From NCBI GenBank assembly GCA_010093745.1, contig MU005961.1:124001-188000 (forward strand): DNA of 64,000 bases, given 5' to 3'. This DNA is from Piedraia hortae CBS 480.64 (taxonomy: Eukaryota). Each line of letters begins with the position of its first letter. The first letter of the stretch is position 1. The translations under genes and the position numbers were made by a program. The notes under the pieces were generated by a model. It was not told the origin of the DNA. It ran no database searches and saw only the letters and a list, made by a program, of their open reading frames with translations. Shown one piece after another: positions 34,696-45,514 of the stretch.

Positions 34696-36249
34696 CTATC
34701 CGTCTCGCAAGGCTAAGCAGTTTCTGTAGATCTTTGATGTCCTTCGTCGACAACTTTTGCCCCAGAAAATCATAGGCAGAGTCAGCAGGTGTATAGCAAA
34801 CGAGATGCCCCCGCAGGCGATGCAGGTAATCATCAGGCCGCTCACCGACAGCCAGTACTGTAGTACAAAGCTGAAGATGCTCGCCAAACCATTGTTGATG
34901 ACGGCCACTCCTACCATACCTTCAAGTATCATTTCCGGGTAAGCGTCCATGAGATATGCCATGCCCAAGTCGCCTGTGCAGCCCCACCCAAAGCCGATAA
35001 AGCCCAGTGCCACGTATGGAACTGGCCAAGACCAGCTATGGCCTGTGCCGATGCCCAGAAGGATCAAACCAAGCGGATTGAGGACAGCTGACGTCAGCAA
35101 CAGCCAGAGTCGGTCTTCCGCCTCTGATATCCCGCCTCTGAACCTTTTCGCAATCCACTTTACGAAGATATCAGAGAACCAACCCCCATAGATGCAACCA
35201 ATGACGGCGCCAATCAATGTCGGCACGTTCATAATCGCGACAGCCTGGTCGCCGTAATTCCACGGCGGCTCAATCCAACCATCTTCCTCCACATTGAGAT
35301 ACACAGAAAGCCAAGCATCTTGAGCTCCCCATTGTAGGCCCGAGAATAACACAGCGGGGAAGCACAGCATCTTTAGGGTCGCCCAAAAACGTCTTTGGTA
35401 TTGTATAAAACCCATGCCGGCCAGGTTTGGTGCTGGTGTGATCAGTCGAATGCGGTTGCGGTACGGCCGGGGGCGATCTTCTGCCAAGGGTGTTGCCGGG
35501 TCACCGATCTTCTCATCAGTCTCCAGAAACGACGCCGTTTGTGTGTCCTGCAACTTCCTGTCAAATGCAGTCTCTTCCAGTCCAAAATAAAAAACAACAA
35601 TAGTTACAGCCGTTATGATGACTGCAGTCCATCCAATCCACCGCCACGCATCCGCAGCTATATAGCCTGCGATAAGGGGCCCAAGAAAGGTGCCAATGGA
35701 TATTGCAAGGACATAGAGACCCAGCGCTGCACCTCGGCGATGTTGGAAGAAGAGGTCAGACAGACTTAATTGCGCAACAGCTTCGCCGCATGCGCTTGAA
35801 GCCCCAACGAAGAATTGGTTGATTATGAGGTCGGATACCGTCTCAGTGCGCGCAAACCAGAGGGATCCAATGAGAGAAAAGAGCAAGCAGATCATATAAA
35901 CAATTCTCCGCCCGTAAAGTGTTGCCAATGGCGAGCTGAGCAGAGCCCAGATACCGATGCCCAGGAAAAGGACTCCCGCCGCAGTATCTTCAACTCCATA
36001 TGAGATACCCAGCTGGGTCAGCATGCCTTGCCCACCAGCACCCGCGTCATTAGACGTTGCAGCAGTGAAAGCTGTGATGAAGAGCACGAGTGAGGTGTGC
36101 CAGCATTTGCGAGCGGCTGACCAGTTCAGCGGGTCGTTCGGAGTCGAGCTTGGTTCGGGTACTAATTTGATCTCCTCGTCTGCTGTGAGCAGGCGAATTG
36201 TGCCAGTCAGCAATGGTTGTCTTTCATCATCCATGGTATCGGGCATCAT
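34696..36249 (-). CDS. HOL1: MFS transporter, HOL1-like
   Basis: PEPSSTPNDPLNWS, TAATSNDAG, YGRRIVY, EPPWNYGDQAVAIMNVPTLIGAVIGC; about 12 hydrophobic segments. Confidence 0.85.
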   Translation of the reverse strand: MMPDTMDDERQPLLTGTIRLLTADEEIKLVPEPSSTPNDPLNWSAARKCWHTSLVLFITAFTAATSNDAGAGGQGMLTQLGISYGVEDTAAGVLFLGIGIWALLSSPLATLYGRRIVYMICLLFSLIGSLWFARTETVSDLIINQFFVGASSACGEAVAQLSLSDLFFQHRRGAALGLYVLAISIGTFLGPLIAGYIAADAWRWIGWTAVIITAVTIVVFYFGLEETAFDRKLQDTQTASFLETDEKIGDPATPLAEDRPRPYRNRIRLITPAPNLAGMGFIQYQRRFWATLKMLCFPAVLFSGLQWGAQDAWLSVYLNVEEDGWIEPPWNYGDQAVAIMNVPTLIGAVIGCIYGGWFSDIFVKWIAKRFRGGISEAEDRLWLLLTSAVLNPLGLILLGIGTGHSWSWPVPYVALGFIGFGWGCTGDLGMAYLMDAYPEMILEGMVGVAVINNGLASIFSFVLQYWLSVSGLMITCIACGGISFAIHLLTLPMIFWGKSCRRRTSKIYRNCLALRDG

Positions 36250-36595
36250 TCGACGACTTCGGATCCCTCGACGTTCTCGAGATTTTGCAGAATACGAGAT
36301 ACAATTATTGACATTGCAGTGTTACGAGCAGAGCCAACAGAATCTGAGGGCCGGGACAGCAGAGAGAGATTGAGATTAGAAAAAACTGATTCGCTCAGAA
36401 AATGTTTTCTTTGGTCGATCTTCCCCGCCATTGACATAGCTGGGACCCACTATCGGTTCCGCCAGCGAATCACGGCTGTGAACGCTCTTATCTTTTTTTG
36501 AATCGGCATCCATGACCTATCATACTAGGCGTACACAGCATAGGGTCGCCATGACTTGAAACCAAGCAAATTAGGGCTTCTCAGCCTTGTCGCGT

Positions 36596-38023
36596 TCAGT
36601 TATCTCTTCGCTTGCGCAGTTTGTCAGCACCGTAGAGGAGATCGTCGAGCTTCCTGTTGAATCCCGAAATATCATGTTCAGCCCATTCGATTTCGTTTTC
36701 CAGTTTTCCGTCCAACTCTTTATCGCGAACATAATGCACACGCAGCTTTTCGTTCATGTCACTCAGGCATAGATTCAAGACGCGCAAGCGCTCGACCCCA
36801 TCACTTCGCGCATCAATGGAGACGATAATATCGTGTCCTACGCAAGCAACGTCCAATGGCGGATGATCCAGAGGGATTTCTGTGATTTGCGACTGCTCTA
36901 GCCCCTCCTTTAAGATCGGAATGGCATACAGCTTCGACATGCGTTCGCAAGCAATCAATACTGCATGAACTTGGTGGCCCTGGCTGCTTCCGATCGGTGC
37001 AAACCAAATCCCAGATACCACACTTGGCTTGTTGACTTCATCTAGAGAAGTTGTAGAGACCGCTGAGTCACAATCCAAGTAGTACTTGCGTTGGAGAGAG
37101 TAGCAAGTCCAATCCCACACTCCAATCCAACTGTCGCCACCACCACTGACAAGATAAGTTGTCTCTGGAACAATGCAAATCTTGTTTATAAAGTCTTGGT
37201 GGCCGAGACAGTAACCCTCGATAATATATGCCTGTGGTGGGCCCCGAGAGATACGAATGTGCTCATCACGATCAGCCGTGATGATATAGTGACGACGCTT
37301 GTTGTCGACCACTCTATCGACAACGACCATGTCTGTCAGCATCGAAACATGACCAAGTAAAAGCTCGCATTCAAACGATGGGCCTTCCTTTCTGGAGCTG
37401 AATTCTTTTTGTCTCAGCTGTGCTTCCAACGCTTTGCGATTCCGCTCTGTATGAACTGTGAGATTGCTAGCTGAGGGTCTGAACACATCTTTTCGTGGAC
37501 AAGCATCTGCTTTGCCATCTTGCACACCTTCCAGACCGAAAAGGGGAAGAGAGTAAACATCTCCAAACTTATCAGCAACTAGAATCGATGCATTATCTGA
37601 TGATAGCTTGATAGTACATGGCCGCTTCGGCATAACACGCTGGCTATACTCATTTAAATGACCATTGCCATCAATGTCAAGTACGCGTATGCACTTATCA
37701 TCTGTGGCCACCACAACGTGCTTTAGGTCGTGTGTTGTTGCCATCGTGATGATATTTGGAGAAGAAATTTGATGGGGTCCTAGTTTCTGCTTCTTTGCAG
37801 GGCGGTCCTCGCCATCATCAACTTGAACCTGCTGCTATGTCAGCCATCTCCCAAGACAATACAGGTCAAAATTCACCTTTTGGATTGGCTGCCATCGAGA
37901 TACAGCCTTGTAATTGCCAATGTCAATTGTGAAGATCAGGGATCCTTGGGCGGCAAGCATGTAGTGCTTTCCATCGATCGATCTTGGGAACGCAGTGATA
38001 CATTGGAAAGGATGTCGAGCCAT
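36596..38023 (-). CDS. TRM82: tRNA (guanine-N7)-methyltransferase non-catalytic WD40 subunit
   Basis: Exon 1 38023-37877 (MARHPFQC), 42-nt intron 37876-37835; MPKRPC, ADKFGDVYSLPL, LLLGHVSMLTD, ITADRDEHIRISR, LVSGGGD. Confidence 0.93.
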
Positions 38024-39179
38024 GGATGTGTCTTTTTGCGCTTGCATGTCGAATCCGATCAAGGCCAGTGCCGGAACTTTTCCGTTCATGAGCGGAAATG
38101 TTCCGTTGGATGAAGTCAGAAGACAAAGCGCCGACCGCACTTTTTTCTTCTTTTCAAAAACCACCCGACCCCTCCTCTGTTCTTGAACACCTAGCATAAT
38201 AGATGGAGAATCTGTAAACTAGAGTGTGACAACATGAACTCTGATGTGGACAATGGTCGCTGAAGGTAGGAGCTCGGCCAGAGTGTTATTGGGCCCAAAG
38301 TCGTCGACCGCTCATTTGACTTGTGTTCCCAACATGCAACAACCCTATGGTACGTGTCCAGCTCTCTTCCTCCAATTCAGTGATGATAAGTTTTTAACAC
38401 TGAGTATGTTTACATACTTTGAGGAACTAAAAAGCAACAACACTCTAATTTTTTACTGACCTTACTACGCATGGTTTTGCTCAATCTATAGCGTCACGGC
38501 TGACTTTTAACGCAGGTCTTTGCAATGATATTTTGACAGCGGGTAATGCCTATGCGGCTTGTATTAAAAGCACGCTATTTTCTTTAAAACAGAAACTGTC
38601 TACCCACCTGTTGCCGCAATAACTATATGTTATAACCTTTACTATGCGAGTTAGGTTTTATTATAGATCAGCCCTGAAGATATTTAGATGCAGAGCGAAG
38701 AGAACACATGATGAAGACATAACTAGCCCGCAGGCTTACACATGTATCAAGAAATTTGTCCGTTTACCTGCCCAATCACAACAAGAGTCCAAGACAATTT
38801 TCCATCACGAGATAGAACAGCTGGCATCATAGTTGCAAACATGTCCTGGAGTTCACGGACGTTATCTTCCTAAGCAACGGATGACAGCACCAGAGCCTTC
38901 AGAAGAGCATCAGAGCGTGACTGTAAGCATGTCATGCCAGCTAAGCTGCCTTAATTAGCAATCTCCGTGAGGCTAGGATGGTACAGATAAGCGTGGAATA
39001 TGTATCAAAGCCACCCCAACAAGGCGCCTGGCGGTATTGGCCTGACAGCCGACACCTGGACCATAAGGTTGTGGCAATGTCATCCCGAAAAACTGACTGT
39101 AGCCTTCCGAAGGGCAAGAGGGCGTACTATATAGGCTGGGCAAGCTATCTACGGGCCCTCAACCTGCAAACTTTACCCT

Positions 39180-40130
39180 GAGGGGCATTTCAAATGAACT
39201 TATGCCATGGATCGACACCTGGACCGCGCCATATGGCAGCCACTCGATGTTGGGGGCTACCGCTCATCGGGTGGATGAGAACTGAGAGCCGATGGATGTG
39301 ATCTGGGCCGTGAAGCTGTCAGATGAGCCGCGCAGCAGAGACAATTGAACCAAAGCCCTCGAAAACTGCGCCGAGGATTTCGGGATCAAGGACAAGGTCT
39401 TTAGCATTCCCACTGACAATGCTACGAACAACGACACGATGTGCTCGACTCTCGAACTCACCCTGCCAAGATTCGAGATCGAAAGTCATATTCTGTACGT
39501 CGGGCATGTGCCCAACCTGGCGGTGCAAGCCGCGAGAAGGTGTTGGGTATGAAGCCTCCGGTGCCAGGTTACTGGACAGATGAGGTTGAGGGTTCATGGC
39601 GGGACGAGGATGGGGGTGAAACCCAGCATGGTGAGGCAACCAAGCAAGTGTCTTATGCTTTGACTAACGTTTGGCGCCCAAGATCTTTTGGAACGACTGT
39701 TGGCGAGGCTGCGTCGCTTGGTTATCCTGGTCAGGAACAACACCAACCGCCGCAGAATGTACAAGCGGGCTTACGAAACCCTTACCTCGGATAATCGGCA
39801 ACTGACCCTGGATGTGCGCACGTGGTGGAACTCCATTGCGGACATGATCCCGCGGGTCCATGACAAGCGCTAAGTACTGAACTTCATGGCAGACCGCAAT
39901 CAGCTCGGCAAGGCTACCAGGATCACCGGTAGCGAATAGCAGCTCAGATCTTTTCCAGGCTCAATGGCACCGTTTCGGCGAGCAACGTGGGTGCCTCGTA
40001 AGTCGCTTTTCCCAACGTCATCCACCACGCCGCGGGTTTTTGTTGCAACATACAGGATGCCGCAGGGAGATACCGTTAGATCCTCAAATCCCGGCTTCAA
40101 GCGCAGCTGCCGTACATCCGGATCTCGTCA
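39180..40130 (+). mobile_element. hAT transposase remnant (fungal Ac/Restless-like), decayed
   Basis: IDTWTAPYGSHSMLGATAHRVDEN, DFGIKDKVFSIPTDNATNNDTM, VGHVPNLAVQA (degenerate CxxH), LDVRTWWNS; stops and frameshifts. Confidence 0.8.
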
Positions 40131-40214
40131 TAGCGTTTGTGGGCGTTGAGTCGGCGCACTCAGAATGAATCGCCCTTGATCGATCGCAAGACGGCGTCAT
40201 CGACAACCTGGATG

Positions 40215-40520
40215 TGTTCGAATTTTAGCGCGTGCTCGTGGTTTTGGCAAGGCCCAAGGAGGCCGTTAAAGAGAGAGAGAGACATACCCGACGCAGGTAA
40301 TTCGGCAGCCAAAGAATTTGGCCGCATTCGTGCGAGACACTCGGTTTTACCGGGATATCTGCCTTTAGGCGACGAACCCCTATGGAGATCAATGCAAAAG
40401 ACATGTGCGAAACACTGCCCTAAAAGCCCGATCTGCTGGCTGGGCCGAATCTGCTCTGTAAATGACGCCTAGACTAGCACGCCTGGTGCTCTTGGGAGGC
40501 CGCTTCTGCCTCGGCGTTCA
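40215..40520 (+). mobile_element. Tad1-like LINE 3' fragment
   Basis: SWFWQGPRRPL and GFYRDIC-like end match other LINE ORF2 C-termini in the window; terminal ctagactagcacgcc...gggaggccgc...ggcgt. Confidence 0.65.
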
Positions 40521-40569
40521 TCATCACCGTGAGGCTGCGGCGAGCGTCCGCAGTCGAGATGCCAAGGCA

Positions 40570-41260
40570 GGAAAACCATCAAGATCAGGATCAAATGAAA
40601 TCGAATCGAGACATAGCGAGAGCGAACGACGTGTCTAACTTTCGCGCCATACAGCGGGCAGCCAAATAGCATGCTCTCTTGAATGGCTTTAAGGTAAGCC
40701 TGAATACAGTCATCCAGGAGTAGATGAGCCCGCTGTCGGTGGACTCAGAAATATTTCTTACATACCGGAGGGACTGTGAAAAGGCTGTCAACAAGTTCAG
40801 ATAGGCCAAGGCCGAGTTGCCGGGAAAGTTCGGCATTGTGTTTGATGGCTGGTCTAACGGGACTCAGCACTATCTTGCAATCTTCGCCGTGTATGACATG
40901 GCAGAGAAGGATAAGGCAGTATTGTTGCTTTAGACCACAAGAGTAATTTTGGTGCAGCCAACCACATTACAACATTCGAAGCCATTCTCGCTAAGTATGC
41001 CTTAAGTGCTGACGACCTCTTACTTGTAGTAAGGGATAACTGTGAGACGAACAGGGCGATATCACACCAACTGCATGTCCCAATAATTGGTTGCACGAGT
41101 CACAGGTTCAACCTGGTGGTCAAGGAATTCACAAAACCCTACTCCAGGCCACAACGTGCAAGAAAACACGATGGACGTCGACATACGAAATGGTCAGAGA
41201 AATCTCACGCTAGAGCCGTTTCTGAACATAGCTGTCACGGCTCCCAGCCAGAAGCAGTCG
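40570..41260 (+). mobile_element. hAT-like transposase remnant of a second type
   Basis: AELPGKFGIVFDGWSNGTQHYLAIFAVY and NHITTFEAILAKYALSADDLLLVVRDNCETNRAISHQLHVPIIGCTSHRFNLVV (DDE D1, D2 and CxxH). Confidence 0.8.
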
Positions 41261-41281
41261 AGCACGACCAAATGAGGTATT

Positions 41282-41337
41282 TATTTGTTTGTATCATTTA
41301 ACGCCTTGGCGGTGTCGTCCCGAAGGGCTCTGCCGAA
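41282..41337 (-). mobile_element. Very short LINE 3'-end insertion (family C tail)
   Basis: Closely matches 60504-60555 (tttgtttgtatcatttaaYgccttRgcggtgtcgtcc). Confidence 0.7.
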
Positions 41338-41560
41338 GGGCATGGGGCGTTTTATACAAACATCGACGGGCATGAGCGAGAGGACGTTCAAGAGTCTCGC
41401 CAACATTACGTCGAGGAGTAGGAGCGGCTGAAGCCGTTATTTGCGAAGTGGACCGAGGAAGGTGAGCTGGCAGACGAGCCACCATTGCCAAGAGGCCAAA
41501 AGCGTTATATTCCGATAGTCCACGATGAGTGCATATTTATCAGAATGACAAGCGGCGATT
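41337..41560 (+). mobile_element. IS630/Tc1/mariner-like transposase remnant (DGHERxDV / HDExxF type)
   Basis: KGM..IDGHEREDVQESRQ...KPLFAKWTEEGE...PLPRGQKRYIPIVHDECIF..ND. Confidence 0.6.
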
Positions 41561-41649
41561 ACAAACACAATTCACTTTTTGGGTCACGTGATCCTACAAC
41601 CAGCACAGCTACTGTCCATTGTTGTACACGCCATCTCAGGATGGTGACC

Positions 41650-43200
41650 CCTACGGCCTCTGGCCGTGGAGGCATCCCAAAGGTGAAATCCACGAAACAT
41701 ATGGGCACGGTGTGCGCCGGATTGGCGCGCCTTCGATCGCTGGTACGCTCAGAGGAGGGGGGAAACCTCTCTGAAGACGAACTCGGCATGGAGATAGGCG
41801 ACGAGAAAATCTCGATGATGCAATCATATAGCGGAAGCACGCCTGAGACGCAGAACAACAGCGACCTGTCGCTAAAATCGCCGTTAGCAAATAAAAGCCG
41901 CGGCAACGCCAACTCCGCAGATAAAGCAGCAACTGGTCTGGCGGCCAGCATGCACGCCCTGAAGAAGCTTGAGAAACACACTCTAGCTCTCCGACGAATC
42001 AGGAAATGAGAATCCTCAAGCGCCAATCGGTTCTGACAGCCGACATCAAACATGCCCTGACAAAGCCTGCTTCTAGTGACAAGACTGATAAGGCCCTGAA
42101 CATGGGAACGGTACAAACAGGCCTAGACGTGAATCTGGCTAACGACATTATTGGGACTCAGATCAAGAGCCTCCAGGAGAAACAAGCTGCGGCCAATAAG
42201 GCCATTGGAATGCTAAGCGACCTCCCGAAGAGCCAGCCACTTGGCGACGGTCGACGCTTCCTAGAAGCCGTGACCGAAGACATTGAAAAGGTTTCTGGCA
42301 CCATCTCGTCGACGGTCGTCGCAGGACGGGACCTCCGAAGGCTTTGGTTAACCCAGGCGCACCGGCGGTTGGGAAAGCGGAAGCCACGAACAAGAAGGCT
42401 CAGTCGTGGGCCGCTCGAATTGGGGCTGATACAGTTAGGCTAACTATAAAGAAAGAAGATGCGGGAACGCACAAGACAAACGGACTGAACAAGGGCAAAG
42501 GAGACCTCCGAATCCTGGTCACCGTGAACAAGTGCGCAGATAACAAGGCTACAGAGGAGATCTACGCCCTGAGTACAAAAAATCACAAAGTCAATGGACT
42601 TGGGTTCTGGAGACCTGCCGAATGTCGTAAAGACTCGCAGCGGATGGGCCTCTCATGCCCGCCAACAAGGCTGTCCGAGACAACCTTTTGGCGCCTGTCG
42701 GCAAGGAGATGCTGGGCAAGGTACTAGACGCTAAGGCGATCGAAGTGCCCCAGAAATGGTGCAAGTACGCCGTGGTCGAATTACCGCAAGAGGTCCGAAC
42801 TCTGGACTCGACGACTGGATTGATGCAACCTGTTTTGACTGCAGATTCGATCAAGGAAGAAGTGGTTGCCCAGACGGCCCGAAGGCCGGTCAGCTGCCGT
42901 AAATCGCGACACGGACCGAATCCCATGACTGGGTTGATCACCTGGATCGTCTCCTTTTTGGAGCCAGTCCCTCGATTCTGACTCTTTAATACCGGTGAGT
43001 GGTCCTTGCGAATCCAGAAAAAGGATCAAGTCGCCCTACACAATCCCGGATGTCAGCGCTACTGCGTGGCAAGGCGCTGCCAACACGAACCAAAGTGCCA
43101 GAACTGCGGCGAGGAACTGCGCCGTCACACCTCTGCAGTGTGCGAGAAACCCTCACAATGCATTAAGGGCAAAGGGCCGTTCCTGACTGGCCACCGCGGC
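41650..43200 (+). mobile_element. Tad1-like LINE ORF1 (gag-like, EKA-like), frameshifted
   Basis: WCKYAVVELPQEVRTLD, EEVVAQTARRPVSCRKSRHGPNPMTGLITWIVSF, HNPGCQRYC..RC...KCQNCG...H Cys/His knuckles; 5' boundary approximate. Confidence 0.8.
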
Positions 43201-43390
43201 CTTGAAGGCGATTTAACATCTGCAGCAAGCTGGTCCAGGCAGGGCCTGACTACGCGTCGACAATACGGCAGCCGTCTGATGCCTCAGGGCGGACACTTCA
43301 GTGTCATCACATTGGGCGTTCAACGCTTTCCACCAGGCTGCGGACCAGCACGACGTGCGGGTGAAATGGTGCCCAGGCCATTGTGACATT
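43200..43390 (+). mobile_element. LINE ORF2 RNase H fragment (5' of the nested insertion); endonuclease and RT deleted
   Basis: SSHWAFNAFHQAADQHDVRVKWCPGHCDI, continued at 50116 by NENEAADDLAKEG. Confidence 0.8.
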
Positions 43391-43410
43391 CTCAGCCAAT
43401 CCCGCACCAG

Positions 43411-43700
43411 ACGAAATCAGCCTAAAATCGGTCTGAAACCGGCTGAAAATCTATCTGAGATCTGGCTGGTTTCAGCCCTGTGATCGGTTGGAATCCGTGA
43501 AATATGTGCCTGATTTCAGGTGAAATTTGGCATGACTTCAGGCATGTTCCTGTTTAATATCAGGTCTGTTTCTACGTGATATCGTATCTGTGGCAGTCTG
43601 ACTCTAGCTGGTTTCCGCCTGATATCGTGCTTGTAGCTCTCTGATTCAAGGCACTCCGTTAGATTGATACCAGGCTTAAATGGGCTGAAATCAGGTGTGC
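43411..43700. repeat. Left subterminal repeat array of the CACTA-like element
   Basis: Dense short ctgaaa/gaaatc/atttcag/ctgat motifs in both orientations. Confidence 0.65.
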
Positions 43701-45514
43701 TATGTTCAAATTCATGTTGACGACTTTTGGCCTATCTATAAACATTACATTGTGCCGAGGTCCCCTTGCGACCTACTGCCCGGAGGTCCAGGAATTACTG
43801 ATCAGGTGGTTTGCCCGTCTAGGACCTTGCCGTCCTGGGAGACCGCGCCCACCATCCCCCTTCTTCTCCCATCCATGGCGCTGGAGGTCTCGCTCGAAAA
43901 TGAGCCTCCTAGAGATAATGTCAGGGACTGCAGTTCATATGCGAAGAACTCACTTGTCGTCTGTGGAAAGAAGGTGATAACTTAGGTCCCATTGCTCCAA
44001 ATCGGCTCGGCTGGCGGAGCATTGCGACACCTTCCATTTCTGCAACGTAGAAGTCAGGATGATTAGCATTGGATTGGAACATGTATAAGTTAGCTTACCC
44101 ATAGCGAAGCAGCCTTCGCCTGCTCCTCGGAGACGTTGAAGGCGAGAGGGACAGGCTGCAGATGGAGTGCGGTGAACACGCTGTAAAGCAGTGTCTCCTC
44201 GTGGACGTCTCTTAACCGCTTTCGCAGGTCTTGGCGCAGATCAGATTTGATCTGCGAGATCTCGGAGAGGACGGACTGTGTAGGGGCCTTTGCCATAACA
44301 CCCCGGGAGCGCAACTCGGCCTAGAAATCCCATTAGAACGACCCTGATGCTAGAAAGAAGGTTGTGCTGAAGCTCCTACCGCGACGGCAGAATTGTCGCC
44401 CCACAACGCACCCCTAGCGTGCTTCCAGAAGAGCAGCTGCCGCATTGCAGCGCAAATCCCCTAAGGTAGAATTAGCCTGGTCCCTAATCGCATTGAAAAT
44501 GCAGGCCTTGACTCACTCCCTCGGCCGCTTTCGTTTTGTGCATTTCGTTTACCCAAGCTTCAAGGGCCTGGAGGCGGATATGCAATTCTTTATTCATCGT
44601 GACGAGCTTGCCGATGTATTTAATCCAACCCCTAGGGCCACGTTGGGCAGCGCCTTGAGAGATCTTACCCTGATTTGGTCGCTCAAGCCCGGAATTGCAT
44701 ACGTACCTCAACCACATCCTCCAAGAGAAAGGGGCTGCTAATATCAGCTGCCCTGACTCTGCTTACTGCATCTGCAGTGGTCATAGTCGGCCGCGAAGGG
44801 CGCACACGGGCCGTCTGCGACAAACTGCCAGCGATGCCGAGTGGATCGTCACTCATTGAGGGCACCGGGGTACCGGCGGGAGGTGCGCGAGGCGCTGACA
44901 AGCCCAAGGGAGCCGTAACCCGACGCTAATGTTGTGCCCGCAAGATGCTGGGTCCACCGCTCTCAGCCCACTTTGTGGGAACAATGGAAACGGACTTTGG
45001 TAGGGGAGTCGGGTGGGTAACCGAAGGAGCGATGTTGGCTCTCATCTCGGTGAGGTTGTCACCATCCTCGACATCCTCAACAAAATCTACATGATTGGCA
45101 TTGCCAATGTGGCAGAGATCGTCGCGTATCTCATCATCAATAAGATCCTCATCAACAGAGTGGTCGTTGTCCTCGTAATCCTTGTCAACCTCGCCATCAA
45201 CATAACCAAATTCTTCATAAGAGTCGTGAGTATTGGCAGATGGCCTAATCAGATGCGGTATCAGATTAGAGACGTACATAGCTCTCAACAAGTGATTGGT
45301 CATACCTTTCGGCTGTGATGCGTACGCGCTTGAGGTTTGGCACAGATTGGGCTTCTTCGACTAGTGGTCTCTTGCCTCCGCGACCGCCTCTGGCACCGCC
45401 CCCCTCCGCGACCTTTCCTTCGGCCTCTCGCACCGCCACGACCTCCGGGCCACGCGTTGGATCTTGTGTTGGTGTTACGGGGGAACTGGGCTGGACATAG
45501 TGCTGGTCTTGCAA
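43700..45514 (-). pseudogene. Second (accessory) gene inside the CACTA-like element, fragmented
   Basis: Consecutive minus-strand ORF pieces 45514-45266, 45303-44926 (acidic), 44907-44683, 44717-44484, 44314-44090; NLS-like PNLKRVR; candidate intron donor gtatga at 45305. Confidence 0.45.

Noticed and set aside
41650..41720. Possible hammerhead ribozyme at the LINE 5' end (GTGGA...TCCAC GAAAC ATATG)
   Set aside because: The CUGANGA core is absent (CUGGCC) and there is no NUH cleavage triplet with a closing stem I.
43411..43700. CRISPR-like or satellite array
   Set aside because: Eukaryotic context and irregular short motifs with no repeat-spacer periodicity; explained as transposon subterminal repeats.
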